64,000 nucleotides of DNA from Octopus sinensis (taxonomy: Eukaryota). Of this stretch, positions 25,951 to 39,466 are shown in pieces. Every line of letters starts with the position of its first letter. The first letter of the stretch is position 1. The stretch lies in assembly GCF_006345805.1 (NCBI RefSeq), contig NC_043018.1, positions 10,726,001 to 10,790,000 on the forward strand, read 5' to 3'. The translations under genes were made by a program, and so were the position numbers. Under the pieces are notes generated by a model. It was not told the origin of the DNA. It ran no database searches and saw nothing but the letters and a program-made list of their open reading frames with translations.

Positions 25951-26411
25951 CACTGAGTGACTAGGTGCAGATGAATGGGTCGTGATGGCTGCACAAGCTA
26001 TATGCAGAGATGCAGTAAGCCAAGGATGAGAAGAGTAACAAATCTGACGTAAGGAAATGGAGGCCGTCAAGGTTCCGTCTTCAGTGCTCTCCTATTCATC
26101 ACAATCTTACAGAGGAATTTAAGACTGACTGTCCACAGGAACTACCATATGCTGGTGATCCAATTCTCTTAGCTGAATCTGTAGTGGAATTATAGAGGAA
26201 CATCCAGGTGTGGAAGGTAAACCAAGAATCAAGGGGCCTCAAAGTAAACTCGACAATAAAGATGTGTGAATGGAGTTTGTAGAGGAGAGAGACCCAAGAA
26301 GACATGGGATTAAGTAGTGAAGGCTGATTGCAGGAGGGGACATTTTATAGATATGTGTGTAGAGGAAGAGACAGAGAGACACACAAATATATAAATGTAT
26401 ATATTATATAT

Positions 26412-26685
26412 ATTTCTTTACTGCCCACAAGGGGCTAAACACAGAGGGAACAAACAAGGACAGACAAAGAGATTAAGTCGATTACATCGACTCCAGTGCG
26501 AAACTGGTACTTTATTTATTGACCTCGGCATAACTTGAACTCAGAATGCAAAGACAGATGAAATACTGCTAAGCATTTCACCCGGCGTGCTAATGTTTCT
26601 GCCAGCTCGACGCCTTAAATGTATATATGTATATATTATATAGTATATAGATATGCATGTGTATATAAATATATTATATATTGTA

Positions 26686-26727
<42 letters not shown>

Positions 26728-27070
26728 TTTTTTTATTCTTTTACTTGTTTCAGTCTTCTGACTGTGGCCATGCTGGAGCACTGCCTTTAGTTGAAGACTT
26801 ATTCTTTGTAAACCTAGTACTTATTCTTTCTGTCTCTTTTGCTGAACTGCTAAGTTACAGGGGCGTAAACATTGGTTGTCGAGTGATGGTGTGGGGACAA
26901 ACACAGACACACAAACACACACACACATATATACAACAGGCTTTCAGTTTCTGTCTATGAAATCCTCACAAAAGGCTTTGGTCAGCCTGAGGCTATAGTA
27001 GAAGACACTTGCCCAAGGTGCCATGTGGTTGGTAAGCAAGCTACTTACCACACAGCCACTCCTGTGCCTA
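26412..27070 (-). mobile_element. SINE-B (26412-26616) and SINE-A (26735-27070) copies
   Basis: Consensus matches with CpG decay. Confidence 0.8.
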
Positions 27071-27107
27071 TATACATATATGTATAACTATATCATATAG
27101 TATATAT

Positions 27108-27143
<36 letters not shown>

Positions 27144-27577
27144 AATACATGTGTATAAATATAATTATATAACTACATATTTATAGACATATGCGTATTA
27201 ATATACATACATACCCATATGGGTATTTATATACATATACATGTGTATGCATACATGCACATATACACATATACATACATGCAAGCATATATATACATAC
27301 ATACATCTATACACACATGCATATATACATAAATGAGATCACTCTAAGCTAAGTCCTCCCTGCAATTGTTTTTCTTGGAGCATGGCTTAAGTGGTACCTT
27401 TTCATTGCAGAAGGCTAAACTGTATCTATTCCAGGCTAATTAGGAACATCGTTAATTGCACCATAATCTTTCCAAAACTGTCAGAACCTTCGTGCAGCAA
27501 TTCAACACTCTATAATTATCTCTCTTTATTACAGCTCATTCGCCCTTCTAGCAGATTATCGACAATACGGCTATGTA

Positions 27578-28143
27578 TTGGGTTGTGCGGAAAGTTCATG
27601 CCGATTTATAGTAGCTTACCTTTCGACTTATTTTAGAACATGGTTGAGTCCATAAAATAGGATTTGACTACATTTTCATTTAGAGCACAGTTTAAGCTAT
27701 CTTTTCGTGGAAGAAGGTTTATGTTCTTATAACCTGTGTTAATTTTGTAACCCTTTAAAATGGAAGATAAGAAAGTTCATTTTCAGCACTTGATGCTTTG
27801 GGAAGCAGACAAAAATTGCTGCAGCTCAGCTGGGATGTGTTACCCCGCTCTCCATATTCACCAGATATTGCTCCTTCAGATTTCCACTTATTCAGGTCTC
27901 TGCAGAATAGTGTTAATGGTAAAAATTTCAATTCCTTGGATGACGTAAAAAGACACCTTGATGAATTCTTTGACATGAAACCCCCTCAATTCTGGGAAGA
28001 GGGTATTTTCAAGTTAAAAGAAAGATGGAGACCCATTGTGCAACAAAATGGTTAATATTTGGTTGATTAAAAATGTAATGGCAAGTATTTATTGACCGTT
28101 TTCTTTCCTTTAAAAATCGGCATGAACTTTCTGGACAACCCAA
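27578..28143 (+). mobile_element. Internally deleted mariner (DD34D) transposon
   Basis: TA|TTGGGTTGTGCGGAAAGTTCATGCCGATTT...AAATCGGCATGAACTTTCTGGACAACCCAA|TA. The N-terminus MEDKKVHFQHLMLWE is fused to C-terminal WDVLPRSPYSPDIAPSDFHLFRSLQN...KLKERW (mariner YSPDLAPSD motif). Confidence 0.92.
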
Positions 28144-30429
28144 TATTATGTATCGTTATCATTTTATGTCTGTTTCTCATGCTGGCATGTGTTGGACGGG
28201 TCAGCAGAATTTGAATCAGTTCTTATTTAGAGTCATTGCTCTTCAAGATGTGATATTGCCATGCATTACTTCAACATTTCATTCTGGCATGGTTATATCA
28301 GTGGACACCCCACTTCCTAATGCCAACCATTTTACAGACTGCACTCAACCAATTTTACCATGGTGCCAGCACTAGAGATGTCATCATGGTTTTAACAAAA
28401 TTAAGGAATCTTCTTAAACTCTTCTTGTTTGTATACCATATTATTTGGTTCTGGGTTTGGAAGAAATGGAGGTGCTCATGGCTTTCATAGGGATCTCCGT
28501 CTCCCATGCAGATTGGTGAAATTGATGCTGTTAAAGTTCCTTTGTAAGTCAACAAGTAGAGGGGGAAGGATATGAACAGGAAGGGAATTCCAGACAGAAA
28601 GTGGGGATCCTTACTACCTTCCATAGTCTTTGTTTGTTCAGCACAGTATGATCAACTGAGTGAATGAAAAGAGGACAAAAGCAGAAGATGAATGAGAGAA
28701 AGTATGAGAGGAAAACGGAATGGTATGATTTGTAGTAAAGAAAAGAGATGAGAAAGACTCAGTGATGTAGATAGAGTGTGTGCCACTTGGAGCAACCCTT
28801 GAGTTTGTTGCTCAGGTGCATGGGTCTCTAAGCCTATACATGTGTAGCAAGTAGCCATTTTAAAATAACGCGCCAATTGGTGGTAGCTGGCAATATGACA
28901 ATGTTGTATTGCCAAAGAAATATTATGTTGTTTTTTCCATTGGTTAATATAACTGATCATATAAGGATTCTAAAAAGTTACTTAAAGAATATATGTATAT
29001 GATTTCGATTCTTTTAAGTCAAGTTGAGCAGTTATAAAAACCCTGGATTTTGGAAAAAAACTTTAGTGTTTGCTGGATGTAGCTAAACTCCACAACACTC
29101 ACTCCTTTGAGACATTGGTGATTTTTCATGCCATGTCCAATGAAAATCCAACAAGTCTATTTTGAATTGTTGTGATTCATTTGTTAGTTAGATTTATGAA
29201 TTAGCTAGTGAAATATATAGTCGTACTTCTACATGACGAAAATTATCTTTTCTTTCACATGTACATAATATAAAATGTTATATTTATATAATAAAATTAA
29301 TTAAGAAAATGTTTTCTCTTCACGTTTTTCAACTGTGTATAAATATGCCTTTCTGTAATCACAGGCTTGTTATACAGCAAACCCCAAAATGCTGCCCCAT
29401 AAAAAGTGTCACCCAGAACAGACTGCCTCAGTTTCCCCAGTAACGCTGTTGGAAAGACAGAGCTAGAAGAGCAATGAAGATAAAGAGTAAAGGTAGGATG
29501 TAACATGTAAAACAATAACAGTATTGAGTAATGGAAGCGATACACTGATGGCAACAGCACGTGTGCAGGTTAAAAAGAGAGTGGTGCTGGATACTCATTG
29601 AAATGGTCAATGGTAAGAGAGTATAAGTAGTGGGTTAGATGGGGGTGAGTAACTGGTTGGTAGCATTATAAACAGGAGTGGTAGTGTGAGCTGATAAGAA
29701 CACCAAATGATAAAATATTTGGTTGAACTTTCAACTTCAAAATTTTTAGATATATTTATTAGTGGTAAAATTCCTGTATAATTTAATTCTAATCTTCTTT
29801 ATGTTGTTAATCAATGAGAAAATGATAGCAATATAATTATGTCCAGAATTATTATAATAACGAACAAAAAAATTAATAGGAAAAAGACTTATTGTCCATA
29901 AAGAGTTGTACAATCGTCCATTGTAAAGTTAGCAGCTTTATTACATAACAATCATTGTTTTATATTAATTAGAGGGATAATTGAGTCCATTCATGAAATA
30001 AATGAAAAATTGGGATAAGAAAAACAATGAAAGAGGATAAATAAAAGTTGGAAAAAAATAGATTATTAACACATTAACCATTTACCATTCAGATTATGCT
30101 GTCCAATGTAATCCTTATTTATTCAGACTGCTTTGAATAAATCATGGCATTGGAATAGCAGTGTAGGGTAGGTGTGAGAGGCTGGATCCTGTCAGTTTGA
30201 ACATAAAACAGTGGAATATTCAGGCTGGATAAGGCTGGTTTAAATGCTAAATGGTTAAACAAGCAATCAGTTGGTTAATATTTAACCAACTGACTACAAA
30301 CAGAGAAGTGGAATTGAACCTGTGTATATTACTGGTATAATGGCTTTCCCAAGACACAACCAAGTCCGTAGGTAATTTCATTATCAAAAATGACAACTAA
30401 TAAAAGAAAATGTGAAATAGATATGATAA

Positions 30430-30593
30430 TGGCGTAGGAGTGGATGTGTGGTAAGTAGCTTGCTTACGAACCACATTGTTCCAGGTTCAGTCCCACTGCG
30501 TGGCACCTTGGGCAAGTGTCTTCTACTATAGCCACGGGCTGACCAAATCCTTGCGAGTGAATTTGGTAGACGGACACTGAAAGAAGCCCGTCG

Positions 30594-30629
<36 letters not shown>

Positions 30630-30829
30630 TATGTTTGTGTGTGTGTCCCCCCCCCAACATCGCTTGACAACCGATGCTGGTGTGTTTATGTCCCCGTAAC
30701 TTAGCAGTTCAGCAAAAGAGATTGATAGAATAAGTAGTAGGCTTACAAAGAACAAGTCCTGGAGTTGATTTGTTCGACTAAAGGCGGTGCTCCAGCATGG
30801 CCACAGTCAAATGACTGAAATAAGAGAGT
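30430..30829 (+). mobile_element. SINE family A (full length)
   Basis: Consensus match. Confidence 0.88.
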
Positions 30830-31673
30830 ATGGATGGATGAGTGGAAGAGAGTGATGATGGCCTGTTAATAAAAGAGTGATCTGAAGGAGAGGAAGTGAT
30901 GGTGGGCACCAAAGGAGGGCCATCGGCTGGCAAGGTCCAATGCAGAAGATTATTGGTCAGGCATTGTGATGGGGAAAAATCACTAGCAACAAGTAGTTAC
31001 ATATTTCATAGTTACTAGTGAGAGAGAACAAGTGATGGGTAGTTATAGAAATGTTTTTCTTTACTGCCCACAAGGGGCTAAACATAGAGGGGACAAACAA
31101 GGACAGACAAAGGGATTAAGTCGATTACATCGACACCAGTGTGAAACTGGTACTTTATTTATCGACCCCGAAAGGATGAAAGGCAAAGTTGACCTTGGCG
31201 GAATTTGAACTCAGAACGTAATGAGAAATGGTCAGAGATACTGGTATGATAGAGGTAACATGGTACCGAAAATTAGAAAAGAGGTTGAGAGATGAAAGGG
31301 GTATCAAGTAAACAAGAGGTGGTGGTGGTAGAGGGGGAGAAGATGGCAGATGGAGACCTCAGCAGGAACAAACTAGGTAAATTGTGAATATTACACCTTA
31401 ACCATGCACCTTTACTAATGAAAGTGTGTGTGTGGGGGGGGGGGTTAATAAAGAGATGACCAACAGGAATGTGGTGGAGTGGTGAGAGAGAGAAAATGGG
31501 TGGAATACTCGTTTACTTGTTTCAATCATTTGACTGTGGTCGTGCTGGAGCACTGCCTTTAGTATTGGATTCCATCAAATGTTTTGGATTCCATCAAATT
31601 TAATGCAACTTACATTATTGAAGTATTATGACAGGAGGGAGACAGACAGACAGACTGATGGACAGCTACATGT

Positions 31674-33012
31674 TTAACTCTTTAGCATTCAGTTTACTTT
31701 GTCAAGTGTTATGTTTGTTTATTCAGATTGTTTTGAATTAATCCTGCATCACCTTGCAGCTTTGAGGTCTCAATGGTTATGGTTGTTCAGTTTTGTATGA
31801 CAGCCAAGGGTTTTAGATATGAGGGGCTGAATTTGGCTGGTTTGAACATAAACCAAGTAGAATATATATTTCTTTATTGTCCACAAGGGGCGAAACACAG
31901 AGGGGACAAACAAGGACAGACAAAGGGATTCAGCTGATTAATTCCACCCCAGTGCATAACTGGTACTTAATTTATCAACCCCGAAAGGATGAAAGGCAAA
32001 GTCGACCTCGGCGGAATTTGAACTCAGAACGTAACGGCTACGTATTTCGCCCGGTGAGCTAACGTTTCTGCCAGCTCGCCGCCTTCAAAACAAGTAGAAT
32101 CTATATTTCTTTATTGCCCACAAGGGGCTAAACATAGAGGGGACAAACAAGGCCAGACAAAGGGATTCAGTTGATTAATGCCACCCCAGTGCATAACTGG
32201 TACTTAATTTATCAACCCCGAAAGGATGAAAGATAAAGTCGACCTCGGCAGAATTTGAACTCAAAACGTAACGGCAGACGAAATACGGCTACGTATTTCG
32301 CCCGGTGTGCTAACGTTTCTGCCAGCTCGCCGCCTTTAAAACAAGTAGAATATATCTGGGCTGGATATGACTGGTTTAACCCTTGTGCATTCAGATCATT
32401 CTGTCAAATGTGATGTGTATTTATTTAGTTTTCAATTAATTATGCACTATCTCATAGCTTTAAGATTTTGATGATAGTTTATTTTTAGATTGACATTGTA
32501 GGTAAGTGTGAGAGGCCAGATCTGACCAGTTTTGAACTTAAAACAGGTGGAATATCTGGGCTGGATCTGGCTGGCTTGACCTTTTAGCATTCAGAGTATT
32601 CTGTCAAATGTAATGCTTGTTTATTCACATTGTCTTCAATTAATCCTTCATAATCTCATAGCTTTGAGATTTCGATGATGTGATTGTTTTACTCTTTGAA
32701 TGACACTGTAGAGTAGGTTTGAGAGGCCGGATCTGGCCAGTTTGACCACAAAACAAAGAGAACATTTGGGTTGGATAAAGCTGGCTTAACCCTTTAGCAT
32801 TCGGATTACTCGGTCAAATATAATGCGTATTTATTCACATTGTTTTGAATTAATCCTACATTATCTTGTAGCTTTGAGATTTCAATCTTGTGATTATTTA
32901 TTTATAGAATGACATTGTAGGGTAGGTGTGAGAGGCCAGAACTGGCTAGTTTGAGCATAAAACAGGTTGAATATTTGGGCCGGATATGGCCAGTTTAAAT
33001 GCTGAAGGGTTA
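31674..33012 (+). repeat. Tandem array of four MITE-D units (~200-210 bp); unit 1 is interrupted by two SINE-B copies
   Basis: Units start TT.AC(C/T)..T(A/G)GCATTC at 31674, 32376, 32576 and 32786; a single right end AATGCTGAAGGGTTAG at ~33012. SINE-B copies at 31867-32086 and 32104-32337. Confidence 0.85.
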
Positions 33013-34007
33013 GCATGTTTGCTGGTGAATGAGAGAGAGTGAAAGAGAGGATGTGATAGATGCCAATAAAGAATGAAGAGGAGGTTACCAGCATAGAAGG
33101 GTAATGTTAGCTGTGCCACAGGGGCGGATTTATATATATTACCTTGCTTGGAAACAAGGTGTGGCTGGGAACAAGAACAGCATCCAGCTGTAGAAAATCT
33201 GCCCCAACAATTTCTGTCTGACCCATGGAAGCATGGAAAAATTGATGTTACGATGATGATGATGATATAACATTCATTCAATCATCAGTTTGACATCCAC
33301 TTTTTTCTATGCGAGTGTGAGTTAAGACAAGATTTATTATGGTAATATCTCAATGGCTGGATGCCCTTCCTGTTGCCAACCCTCGTTTCCAACTAAGATA
33401 CTACTCCCACTAAGTCTTTCAAACTCAATATTAATGGCTAGACACGTTTTTGAAGCAGATGTATACAACAAGGACACCATCCACACAGGGACGGATTTTA
33501 TACAGCAAATAATCAATATCAATGAAAAGATACACACACACACTATTTGAACATTGACATTTCCATATTTGTACAGGTCAGACAGGGCTTAACAGAGGTA
33601 GATTTTTCTACAACTCGATGTCCCTTCTTGTCATCAAACAGTACCAGTTTCCAAGTAAAGTAACATCTCCCCCAAGGCCAGACATGTTCTCACAGAATAT
33701 TGGAACTGAAGCAGATTGGACTACTTGTAACACAATCCTTTCTACTATAGGCACAAGGCCTGACATTTGCAGGGAGGGGTTAAGTTGATTACTTTGAACC
33801 AAATACTCAACTGGTACTTAATTTATCAACCCCAAAAGGATGAATGGCAAAGTTGACCTTGGCAGAATTTGAACTCAGAACACAGCGATGGGCAAAATAC
33901 CGCGAAGCATTTCGTCCAGCGTGCTAACAATTCTGCCAGCTCACTGCCTTCTAATTGCAAGACAAATGAGAATTATCTACAACTGTCATGCTACGACAAG
34001 ACAAGGA

Positions 34008-34042
<35 letters not shown>

Positions 34043-35424
34043 TAGGCTTCTTTCAGTTTCTGTTTACCAAACCTATTCACAATGCTTTGGTGAATCCAGG
34101 GCCACAGAAGACATATACCCAACATGCCGTGAAGTAGGACTGAACCCAAAACTATGTGGTTGGGAAGCAAACGTTTTATATATTACATACTTCTATTAGG
34201 TTTCTGTTAACCGGTTCCATTCACAAGGAATTGGTCAGCCAAAAACTGAAGCAGACGGCACTCAACTATAGTACCGTCTGATAGGAATAAACCTAAAACT
34301 ACAAGGTTGAAAGTGAACGTGTTGACCACAAGGCCAAATATATAGAGAGGGTGATTACTGCTGCACCCAGTTAAATGTCGTGGTTGCATGCATAATGAGG
34401 GAGAAGTGTGCAGCAATGCACACCAAAAGAACTGTGAGAGCATCACTGCTGCTTGGGATGTTAGAGGAAATCCCAGAGATAGAAAGTGCTGAAATCTTGA
34501 TGACCTCTGGCCAATAACTGATGAAGAGAGAGTCTGAGAGTGTAAGTTGTATGTAATTATATATACTTACACTTAGTAACATGTTTGGTGTTAGGAGGGA
34601 CATCCAGCTGCAGGAATCATGCCAAAAGAGACGGTGGAGCTTGGTGCTGTCCTCTAGTATCCAAACCATAGCAGCATGGAAAATGGATGTTAAATGATGA
34701 TGATGAAATATACACCTGTTCATTGTTTCCTCACCTGTTTCGGTCTTTTGTTTTCTATACATTTAAACCATTATTTTATGATTGCTTACAGGGTCGTTAA
34801 ATGGATCAGCCTGTACATTGGTCCAAGAACTGCATAATCAAAGAGGGGTGTTATGAATATCTGACAAGCTCTCCCTCCAAGCCCACCCACCACCAATCTC
34901 AAAACTCCTCATTTCAAAAGAACATTCTCTTAGGTTTGAAAGCATTTTTATTTCAACTTGCAATATTTCTTCCAAAGGTTGTGTGTGTGTGTGTGTAAAA
35001 AAAACTGACATTTTTGTTTCTTCCCAAACATCAGGTCCTGACCTCAGGTTTTGTGTGTGGCACCTCAGGTCAGTGTCTTCTACTATAGTCCTTGGCTGAT
35101 CAAAGTGGACTCGGTAGGCAGAGACTGAAAGAAGCCCGTCACACGAGTGTGTGTGTGTGTGCAATCCAGCTATCTGTAGTCTAATGCAATAAGGTGTTCC
35201 CTGATGATCCGTTGAGGTTAAGCATCTAAATACACTTGGAACATCCAATGTGGGACCCTAAACAAACAAAGATAAACTTGTGTTTATCTGTTTTCTCTTC
35301 AGTTGCTAATGGTAATCCTGCTCAATATATGTTACTTAATTGTTTCAGAAACAGAGAGGATGATCATAATTTACATGTAGCTCTAAGCATACAGTAGCAG
35401 TTGTACATCTACTTGTACACACAA

Positions 35425-35474
<50 letters not shown>

Positions 35475-35750
35475 GATTCCTTTTTGTCTCAAGAGACAAT
35501 GGAGTTGTGCATAAAATAATCTGGTCCGGCCTTTACATTTCATGTCCTAATACATCTCCTGCTGTGGCTGTGTAGTCCTATCCTGGACAAACTCTCCCTC
35601 TGGCAGGTGCTGCAAATGTAGCCAAACCTTTGCCTGGCTGGTTGTAATGTCATACTTTCTTGTTAATACACACACACACACACACACATACACACGCAAA
35701 CACGCACACACAAACACACACGTGCACACGCACACACATGCACACACACA

Positions 35751-36878
35751 CAGGGTCTTGCAGATAAATTGTGACCAATTTTAAGCAGTTGACTTAATGG
35801 ATTTAACATTTCTTTTTTGACAGAACCTTGCTTGCGTGAAAATCTAATCCTCCTCTTTATTTTCCAGGTAAATGGTGAACTGATTCAACAACCTGAAAGT
35901 CATAGAACAACAGAATCATTCTGCCATTGTTGTTTTGATGTGTGCCAGGCACACTGCCAATAAAACTGATAAGTTGACAAAACTTCCAAAAGCAAGAATT
36001 TATTGTATGTATGAACAATTTAAAGAAGAGGGAAAGATTGATAGAAAAGAACACAAAACTCAAAGGGATTTGAAGCGCAATCCAAAGTTTCTCTCTGGCC
36101 TCAAATGCTCGACTGAAGCCAAGCTATCCACATTCGTCGCAAGACTTGCAAAGAAACACAATGTATCCCTTTCCACGGTATCCAGAGCTGTGAGCAGGAA
36201 CCTTGGCATGACTAGCTATGTTTGACAATGCCATCACCTAACAGCCAAGGCCAAAGCAATCAGAGCCAAGAGACACCTAAAGCTTCTGTCATTCATCAAG
36301 CATCAAGATGCAGGAAAAACTCTCATGTTTGTGGACGAGAAGTTCACTGTGGAGGCTGAGGTGAATTGCAGAAATTCTTGAGTGCTTGCATTCAACCCTT
36401 CTGATGTCCCCACTGTGTTTGAGATTAAAAATCCTGCCTGTGATGGTTTGATAATGTGGTGCCTATCTAGGATTCTGCATCCTACCATAGGTCAAAAGCA
36501 ACACAAGCCTTCCATGGGCCAACATCTGGTTCAGTAATAGCCCAGATCTCAACCTTCTTGATTACTTTTTATGGGGAGTACCTCAAGCAAGGACCAATGC
36601 TTCACCACTCCCAAGTGTCAACAGCTTCAAGACCTGCATCATGCATGTGGCATGATGTAGGTTAAAAAGGCAGAGGTTGCAGCAGCTGCAAAAAACAGTT
36701 TGTTCTTAATTGGAGGCAGGAATTGCCCAAAAGGGCAGCCATATCGAGTCATAAATGCTTTTTGTCACAATAAATTATATTCATTAAAATTATATCTGTC
36801 TACTACCATTATTTTAGTATTCATAACCTAGTTTGTGCATTGTAAAAAAATTTCTTGTTTTATCTGCAAGATCCTCTG
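35751..36878 (+). mobile_element. Degenerate Tc1/mariner-superfamily (maT/DD37D-like) transposon
   Basis: TIR CAGGGTCTTGCAGATAAA / TTTATCTGCAAGATCCTCTG. HTH-like ARLAKKHNVSLSTVSRAVSRNLGMTSY, FVDEKFTVE and WFSNSPDLNLLDYFLWG motifs, with stops and frameshifts. Confidence 0.85.
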
Positions 36879-36904
36879 TGTGTGTGTGTGTGTGTGTGTG
36901 TGTA

Positions 36905-37127
36905 TACTCTTTTACTTGTTTCAGTCATTTGACTGTGGCTATGTTGGAGTACTGCCTTTAGTCGAGCAAATCGACCACAGGACTTATTCTTTGTAAGCCT
37001 AGTACTTATTCTATTGGGCTCTTTTGCCGAACTGCTAAGTTACAGTGAGGTAAACACACCACCATCGGTTGTCAAGTGATGTTGGGGATCAAACACAGAC
37101 ACACAAACATACACATACACACACACA

Positions 37128-37168
<41 letters not shown>

Positions 37169-37542
37169 CAACAATTTAGATTCAAATGAATATGGTACTT
37201 AATTTAGATGCACCAGAATTTTGTACGGTATTATCCATATAAATCTATGGGGTGATTATAATCAAAAATAAGCAACAAGAATGATTCCAGTAATTTGGTA
37301 GAATTGTTTCGCGCTACAACATTTTATTAAAAGTTGTAAGTATTGTACCAAATTACCGGAGTCATTCTCGTTGCTTATTTTTGATTATATATATATACAT
37401 ATATACAATGGGCTTCTTTCAGTTTCCATCTAACAAATCCACTCACAAGGTTTTGATCGGCCTGAGGCTATAGTAGAAGACATTTGCCATTGAACCCGGA
37501 CCATGTGGTTCGTAAGTAAGCTACTTACCACACAGCCACTCT
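36905..37542 (-). mobile_element. SINE family A interrupted at its (TA)n by a fold-back fragment
   Basis: Tail at 36905-37130, head at 37408-37542; the insert at ~37165-37390 contains inverted arms. Confidence 0.8.
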
Positions 37543-37589
37543 ATATATGTATAGGGGTGGGGTAGAATTAGTAACCGAGGCAAAATGAG

Positions 37590-38400
37590 AAATTTCTGAT
37601 TCCTTGCCATCTTCTCCCTACCCATTTGAAACCATTAAATTGCAAATATTGCATCATTATTTTGTATTGCTACAAGTTTAACAGTAAAAATTGGTCAGCA
37701 TCATTGTTGAAGTTGAGGGAATCCAGACCATAGTCAGGTGGCAGGTCCTCTTTTTCAAAGAAATTTTTTCCTCAACCTTGACCTGATTATAATTGAAGTT
37801 GCTAAAATATATCTGGATAATTTTTGCTGTTTAACAATCAATATTCTTTTCTCCGTTGGATTCCAAGTCAATTTTTTCCCTACACTAATGTCTATTTTTA
37901 CCATTTTCAAGTTTCAAAAAGTGTCTAAAATGGGGTAAAATGAGTAATGTCTAATATCAATAATTTCTTCTCTTTAACTGAATATTGAATGCATATATCA
38001 TGAAGTGGACAGTCCAGCAGATTGTGAAAAAGCTGTAGATATTTTATGTTGAATTTTTATTTATTTATTTAGTCAGGTTTCGGTAATTTCATGTTGTGCC
38101 ATTTTCCCCAGAGTCTCTTTCGTTTGACCTAGATATCTAAAATTTCTCTTTGACTTTCTGATGTCTAGGATGGATATTGATGTGTTGGAATCTGTTTCCT
38201 GTAGAACTGAAGCGGCAAATTTACCTTATGTTCGCTTATGCATTTTGCCCCCGCCAAATTTGTCTTTTAAATGTTGAAAGAGAACGGCGATAATTTTCTG
38301 AAATAGTGACCAGGTTATGTTATAATGCTTTTAATGCATTTAGAGAAGGCCATTTGCTTGGCTGATATAGTTTTTGTAAAAAAATATACTTTGTCTCAAT
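37590..38400 (-). pseudogene. Possible Penelope-like RT / GIY-YIG remnants
   Basis: Minus-strand fragments MQYLQFNGFKW and FRYLGQTKETLGKM; very degraded. Confidence 0.35.
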
Positions 38401-39229
38401 GTCAAAAATGCAGTAAAAACACTTCATTTTGTCCCACCTCGTATGAACCACTCACTCTGAACCAACTACGAGCGAATTACAGCAAGTGACCTTCAAAACG
38501 AAACATACCACATTAAAACAATGCTTCTATAGATATGTGACGCTCGAGAGAAGACGTATGTCATGGCTATAACAGTTTTGAATAGAGAAAACTGCTTGCT
38601 CTTAGTGACAGCCAGACCAAGGGCAAAGACAACAGCCCGTTTAAAGATGAAAAAAAAAAGTAATAATTCAATACTTATTAGTGAAAGACAGTCATTGCAG
38701 GTCAATCGACTTCCCGGTCCCTCTTGTCTAAGAACAATTATAAATATCAGCAAATTTTCGTTGTTGTGTCTACTTACTTGTTATTCTCCTCGACCAAGTC
38801 AACATTTCCCCTCCTTTCAAATACAAAATACTAATACAATAAAATAGCTGCTGAAACTCCGGTGCTTTTTTCGCTACAGTTGTTTTAAAACAGCTGGAGT
38901 TCAGTGTGTGAATTGAATGAATGAATGAATGTCTTAGCCTGCTTTCTAACTTAACCAGGTTCGCCACACTCAAAATACTCCGTTTGATTTTCCAAACAGA
39001 AAAAGCAAAATACTTACCTCTAAATATAGTAAACAAAAAACGTAGCTCTGTGGTCTTCGGTTCAGTCCCGATACGTGACACCTTCAGAAAATGTCTTCTA
39101 CTATAGCCCCGGGTCGACCAAAGCCTCTGAGTGGATTTGGTAGACGAAAACTGACTGAAAGAAGCCAAATACACACATTATATGTATATATGTGTAGCCA
39201 CTACGCATTCTTTATTTTCTCTCCTTGTT

Positions 39230-39267
39230 CCTTTCTGAGGAAGAGCGTAGGCTCGAAACGTTAAAGG
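39230..39267 (+). ncRNA. Candidate minimal type I hammerhead ribozyme within a Penelope-like fragment (39195-39340)
   Basis: CCUUU-CUGAGGA-A-GAGC(GUAG)GCUC-GAA-ACGU-U-AAAGG: stem I CCUUU/AAAGG, core CUGANGA, 4-bp stem II, GAAA and palindromic ACGU stem III. Confidence 0.5.
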
Positions 39268-39466
39268 CTTTTTCACTTTCCGAGCGTTAAACTAATACAT
39301 CTGTTTGTTGTCTACACCACATGTCTTCGCCTTTTGTTTTATATATATCAGTCTTAAAAAAATATTGGGTCCATTTGTTCGACTAAAATATTCTCCAAGG
39401 TGATGCCCCAATCTGTCCGTAGTCTAATGACTAAATCAATTAAAAAGCAGGAGATATACTAAAATA

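Larger units (their letters stand above)
24179..26275 (+). pseudogene. Fragmented RTE-type LINE reverse transcriptase with nested insertions
   Basis: Plus-strand pieces translate to IKDMK*GKTMDPTRIVAQMLKTPGVVG (24198), LQEKYSAKSKPLFLAFINLK (25186) and EEFKTDCPQELPYAGDPILLAESVVEL...GLKVN (26112), which are degenerate RT motifs including a YADD equivalent. Confidence 0.7.
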
